From Acidobacteriota bacterium (lineage in GTDB: Bacteria > Acidobacteriota > UBA890 > WLXD01), in the NCBI GenBank assembly GCA_036012155.1, contig DASCOT010000213.1, positions 279 to 64,278 on the forward strand: a stretch of 64,000 nt of DNA. Direction: 5' to 3'. Both the position numbers and the translations under genes were made by a program. Of the stretch, positions 60,303 to 64,000 are shown piece by piece. Every line of letters begins with the position of its first letter. The first letter of the stretch is position 1. Under the pieces are notes generated by a model. The model worked only from the letters and a program-made list of their open reading frames with translations. It did no database searches and was not told the DNA's origin.

Positions 60303-61130
60303 GTGCTCGACCTCAAGCCGCGCCGCGTGCGTGCGCTGGCCCGAGCCGGGTTGCTGAGTCCGAGGCGCGGCGCACGACGCGAGTACCGTTTCTCGTTCAC
60401 CGACCTGGTGGTCCTACGCACAGCGCGCGACCTGCTGGCGGCTGGTGTGCCTTTCGCTCGCGTACGCCGGTCGCTCACCAGTCTCCAGCACCAGCTGCCG
60501 GACGGAAGGCCGCTGACCGGCGTGCGCGTGCAGGCAGATGGAGCCCGCGTGGTGGTACGGCAGGGAGGTGAGGTCTGGGACCCGGAAACCAAGCAGGCGG
60601 TGCTCGATTTCGACGTCGACGAGCTCGCCGAGCAGGTCGCCCCTTTGGCGCGTGACGTAGCCGCGCGAGCCACCGGGCTCGAGCCCGGTCTGCCGGCCCG
60701 CGACTGGTTCGAGATCGGCTGCGACCTTGAGATGACCTCCCCTGAAGAAGCCCGCGACGCCTACCGACAGGCCCTTGCGGCCGACCCCGAGTCGGCCGAC
60801 GCACACGTGAATCTTGGTCGACTCTTGCACGAGTCGAGCGACGTGAAGGCAGCAGAACACCACTATCGTGCGGCGTTGGCGATACGGCCCACCGATCTGA
60901 CTGCGTTGTTCAACCTCGGTGTGGCGCTAGAAGATCTCGGGCGCCTCAAGGAGGCGCGCGCCGCCTACCGGGAAACACTGCTTGCCGATCCGGACCATGC
61001 GGACGCCCACTTCAACCTCGCCGGCGTTCTCGAGCGCATGGGTCGCAAGCCCGACGCGGTGAAGCACCTGAAGGCCTATCGACAACTCATCGCACAACGC
61101 GGTTGGGACAGCGACGACCTCAGCATCTGA
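60303..61130 (+). CDS. MerR-family HTH plus TPR-repeat regulator (start codon unclear)
   Basis: MerR HTH ...YGTTDVARVLDLKPRRVRALARAGLL... begins upstream of the first in-frame GTG (60303). No ATG/GTG/TTG exists in the open frame 60213-60302. C-terminal TPR repeats. Confidence 0.55.
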   Translation: MLDLKPRRVRALARAGLLSPRRGARREYRFSFTDLVVLRTARDLLAAGVPFARVRRSLTSLQHQLPDGRPLTGVRVQADGARVVVRQGGEVWDPETKQAVLDFDVDELAEQVAPLARDVAARATGLEPGLPARDWFEIGCDLEMTSPEEARDAYRQALAADPESADAHVNLGRLLHESSDVKAAEHHYRAALAIRPTDLTALFNLGVALEDLGRLKEARAAYRETLLADPDHADAHFNLAGVLERMGRKPDAVKHLKAYRQLIAQRGWDSDDLSI

Positions 61131-61163
61131 GCCGCGTCCGACTGCGACACCCGAGGCGTCGAG

Positions 61164-63992
61164 CTAGCGCTGGGGCGAGTCCTCCTGGCCGAGCGCGCGG
61201 AAGTACTCCTCCACCAAGCTGCGATACTCCTCGGGGACGCGGTCCGACCCGGCAAGTTGAGGTCGTGCCCCCGTCTCCGCCTGACTCACCCGACGCAACC
61301 AAAACTCGAACAGCTTCAACCCGTCGATCACGTCACCGCTGAGCTCATCGAGCCCACGCGCCGTGCCCTGAAATTGCTCCTCGAAGTCCCGCATGGCCCC
61401 CACGACCGCGTCCAAGTCGGTCGTTTGCAGACCATCGGTGCCAAGCCGATCCAGCAACTCCTCGGCGTCGGCGACGCGCTCGCGGAACTCCCGGGCAAAC
61501 TGCCGTGCACCAGGAACTCCCGACGTCGAGCCACCGGGCATGTTGTTGCGACGGCCTCCACCACCTGGATCGGTTGCCGCGCCACGCTCACCCTGGCCAT
61601 TTTGACTGCCGGCCTCGCCCTGTCCGCTAGGATCTCCCTGCCCGTTGGGATCTCCCTGTTCGCCGGGATCACTCTGGCCACTCGAATCACCGCGTTGACC
61701 CTCTTCGGCGGCATCTCGCAAGCGGTCCTCGAAGGATTCCAGGCGACGGATCAGATCGCGCGTATCGTCCACCGCATCGGCCAAGCGCTCGCTCGGTGAT
61801 TGCTCGACGTTCCCGGCAGCCGTGTCGATAAGGTCCTCGAGACTCGCCAGGTCATCGCTGATCTCCTGTTCGAAAGCCTCCGCCGTGCGCGAATCGCGCT
61901 CCTGCACAACGCCCTTCGAGTACCGCACCTTGTCGGCCAGCTTCTCGTCCCGTACCCACTCGGCTGCTTCCTGGAGCGCGCGTGAAGCAGCCATTTGCTC
62001 GCTACGGGACTCCCGCGCCATGTCGTCCAGGTTGCGTTCGAGGCCGCGGATATCGTCCGTCAAGCGGTCCTTGCGCTCGAACAAGTCATCGATGCGCTCC
62101 TGAGTACGCCGACCGGCACCACTCATTGAGTCCACGTCGCGCTCGATGGCTGTCTGGTCCTCGCGCATCTCGGCGATTCGTTGCTGGGCATCGCGTAGAT
62201 CGCGGTCCAACCGGCCTTCACGGTTTTGATCGAGGAGCCGCCGCGCGTTCTGTAGATCGTTCAGTGCCCGCGCGCTATCCGAGGCGCTAGCGTCACCGCC
62301 GCTGGCAGCGGCTCGACGCATCGCGTCGGCGGCCTCGCGCAGACGGTTGGCAGCTTCTTGAAGATCGCGCTGGGAATTGCGCCGTCCCAGCCGCTCCAGC
62401 TCACGAGCAAGCTCCTCCGCCTGCTCGGCAATCTGGCGCTGCTGTGCCTGTCCGCCGCCTTGGTTCGGGGCCCGTGCGCCCTGAGCTCGTTGCCGCTCGA
62501 TCTGCTGCTGCTGGCGCCTGGCGAGCTCGGTCAATCGTTGCATGGCCTCATCGACCGCGTTGTCGGTCTCGTTCTGGCGCTCGCGGCGCACCGACTCGTA
62601 CTGATTGTCGAGCTCGTCCGCCTGGCCCTCGAACATCTCTTCGAGCTCGGACATGTCACCAGCCGCTCCGCCACCACCGCCACCCTGGTTCATCGACACC
62701 TGCAGGTCGAGGAACAGGGCCTCGAAGCGCATAAGATGCTGGAGCGCCCGCTGCTCGGGTGGCAGAGCGCCGTCCGGATCGTGTCCGGTGAGCTCGCCCG
62801 CCGCCTCGGCCAGTGCCTCGGAGGCCTCGGCGAGGTAGTCGATGCCGCGCAGCGTGTCCTCGTCGTTTCCGACCCCGCCGAACTCCGCCTGGGCCTGCTG
62901 CACATTGTCGCGAAGATCGTTCTCGACGCCAGCGAGAAACTCCAGATCGTCGACCATTTGCTCATCGTCGAGGCGATCGGCATCCCGGGCAAGCTTGAAT
63001 GTCGCCGAAACCACCTCACGTTGACGCCGGGCCATGCCGAGCCCACCTTGCTGTCCACCACCCCCCCCGCCGCCACCGCCGGCGTCGGCCTGCTGATAAC
63101 GGCGGTCGAAAGGTTGTACCTCGACGAAGTACAGATCAGTGGTTGTTTGCTGCGCCTCGCCCACCACACGGTTGTCCATGGCGCGAGCGAAATAGACGAC
63201 GAAGTCGCCGGGCTCGAGCTCTTCCTCCTCCAGATAGAACGTGTGCCCCGCAGTGAGCGTGCGTCGGTCGGCGCCAGAGCCTTGCAACAGCGACACGGTG
63301 CGTTGTTCGCCACTGTTGACCGAGTAGATCACGTCCACTCCCGCCAGCCCGTAGTCGTCTTCAGCCGACACCTCGGTGAAGACCTCCTCGATCGAGGTTA
63401 CGCTCACGTCCCTACCCGGTTTGTCGAAAGCGACGATCGGCGGCTGATCAGTGAGCGCCTCGATCAGATACTCCGACGAAGCCTCGTGCAGGGCGCCGCC
63501 GAAGTCACTCAGCTCGACGCGGTAGTAGCCGGATCTGACGACCTCTAGCTCACCACGCAGCCCGTCGTCTCCCGCCTCCAGTGGCAACGTCTCCACAAGC
63601 GGCTTGGCGTCGTCGTCAGAAGCGAGCCACTCGATGCGTAGGCTACCGCCTGGAACCGCAACGGTCGGGACGACATGGAGTCGTACGCGAGTCCCCGCTA
63701 GCGCGGCGATATCGCCACCGTCCTCGATCGTCTGCGGCGACAGTCCACTGTATTCAGGAAACACCAGCTCCAGATCGATGCGCTCCACGTACGGCACATC
63801 GACGACCTCGAGCCGGTATAGGGGCGACCGAATGCCGCTCGCCTCGACGAAGTACTCGGCGTCGTCGGGAAGCCGGAACATCATGAACTGATGTGCTCCG
63901 GTAGCCGTATCAGCCGTCATCGTCTCGCGCTGCCAGTCTCCGTCTCCAAGCTTGAAGGAAATCTCTACCTGATCCGAGTCGAAGCCCGACAA
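61164..63992 (-). CDS. Large low-complexity/coiled-coil protein with poly-Gly, Gln/Arg/Glu-rich segments (5' end probably beyond window)
   Basis: 942 aa reading frame reaching the window edge. N-terminal beta-rich region, central coiled-coil (QQQQIERQRAQ...) and a Gly/Asp/Gln-rich tail. Contains a C8/G8 homopolymer. Confidence 0.55.
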   Translation of the reverse strand: MSGFDSDQVEISFKLGDGDWQRETMTADTATGAHQFMMFRLPDDAEYFVEASGIRSPLYRLEVVDVPYVERIDLELVFPEYSGLSPQTIEDGGDIAALAGTRVRLHVVPTVAVPGGSLRIEWLASDDDAKPLVETLPLEAGDDGLRGELEVVRSGYYRVELSDFGGALHEASSEYLIEALTDQPPIVAFDKPGRDVSVTSIEEVFTEVSAEDDYGLAGVDVIYSVNSGEQRTVSLLQGSGADRRTLTAGHTFYLEEEELEPGDFVVYFARAMDNRVVGEAQQTTTDLYFVEVQPFDRRYQQADAGGGGGGGGGQQGGLGMARRQREVVSATFKLARDADRLDDEQMVDDLEFLAGVENDLRDNVQQAQAEFGGVGNDEDTLRGIDYLAEASEALAEAAGELTGHDPDGALPPEQRALQHLMRFEALFLDLQVSMNQGGGGGGAAGDMSELEEMFEGQADELDNQYESVRRERQNETDNAVDEAMQRLTELARRQQQQIERQRAQGARAPNQGGGQAQQRQIAEQAEELARELERLGRRNSQRDLQEAANRLREAADAMRRAAASGGDASASDSARALNDLQNARRLLDQNREGRLDRDLRDAQQRIAEMREDQTAIERDVDSMSGAGRRTQERIDDLFERKDRLTDDIRGLERNLDDMARESRSEQMAASRALQEAAEWVRDEKLADKVRYSKGVVQERDSRTAEAFEQEISDDLASLEDLIDTAAGNVEQSPSERLADAVDDTRDLIRRLESFEDRLRDAAEEGQRGDSSGQSDPGEQGDPNGQGDPSGQGEAGSQNGQGERGAATDPGGGGRRNNMPGGSTSGVPGARQFAREFRERVADAEELLDRLGTDGLQTTDLDAVVGAMRDFEEQFQGTARGLDELSGDVIDGLKLFEFWLRRVSQAETGARPQLAGSDRVPEEYRSLVEEYFRALGQEDSPQR

Positions 63993-64000
63993 CGACGCGG

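Noticed and set aside
62358-63548. 396-aa plus-strand ORF
   Set aside because: Antisense to the large coiled-coil gene. Composition is the complement of its GAG/CAG-rich codons.

Overview
This is a high-GC (about 66-70%) bacterial chromosomal segment. The gene content (PadR plus ADOP-type FtsX permease, a giant BNR/sortilin-like secreted protein, DUF3500, ThuA plus Gfo/Idh/MocA, prepilin-type minor pilins, LigD-Ku) suggests an Acidobacteriota/Gemmatimonadota-like soil organism. Coding density is high and many genes overlap by 1-4 nt. Main contents: (i) a NuoE/NuoF/NuoG-like diaphorase module on the minus strand whose three distal genes are much lower in GC than the promoter-proximal NuoE-NuoF fusion, a compositional break exactly at an ATGA gene junction; (ii) a divergent padR plus permease operon sharing a 28-bp perfect AT-rich palindrome with that module; (iii) a sugar cluster (xylose-isomerase-like TIM barrel, Gfo/Idh/MocA, ThuA, xylB, xylA); (iv) a Tat-exported, selenocysteine-containing formate dehydrogenase-N operon (fdnG with in-frame UGA, fdnH, fdnI, fdhE); (v) a B12/4Fe-4S reductive-dehalogenase-superfamily enzyme translationally coupled to a TPR protein, next to a DUF1326/DUF2182 metal-binding pair; (vi) a minor-pilin operon (PilX/PilV/PilW-like) ending in a HAMP-only membrane protein; (vii) D-hydroxyproline-type catabolic genes and a DsbA-like protein; (viii) an NHEJ locus (ligD, ku) in which ku carries a 1-nt frameshift; (ix) a PAS-GGDEF-EAL sensor preceded by an extreme AT-rich island and split by an in-frame TAG. 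Two further in-frame disruptions (TGA at a conserved position in a DUF3500 gene; a MerR-TPR regulator lacking a canonical start) suggest either gene decay or local sequence errors. No rRNA, tRNA, CRISPR array or obvious transposase/integrase was recognised. Long antisense ORFs inside real genes are GC artefacts.
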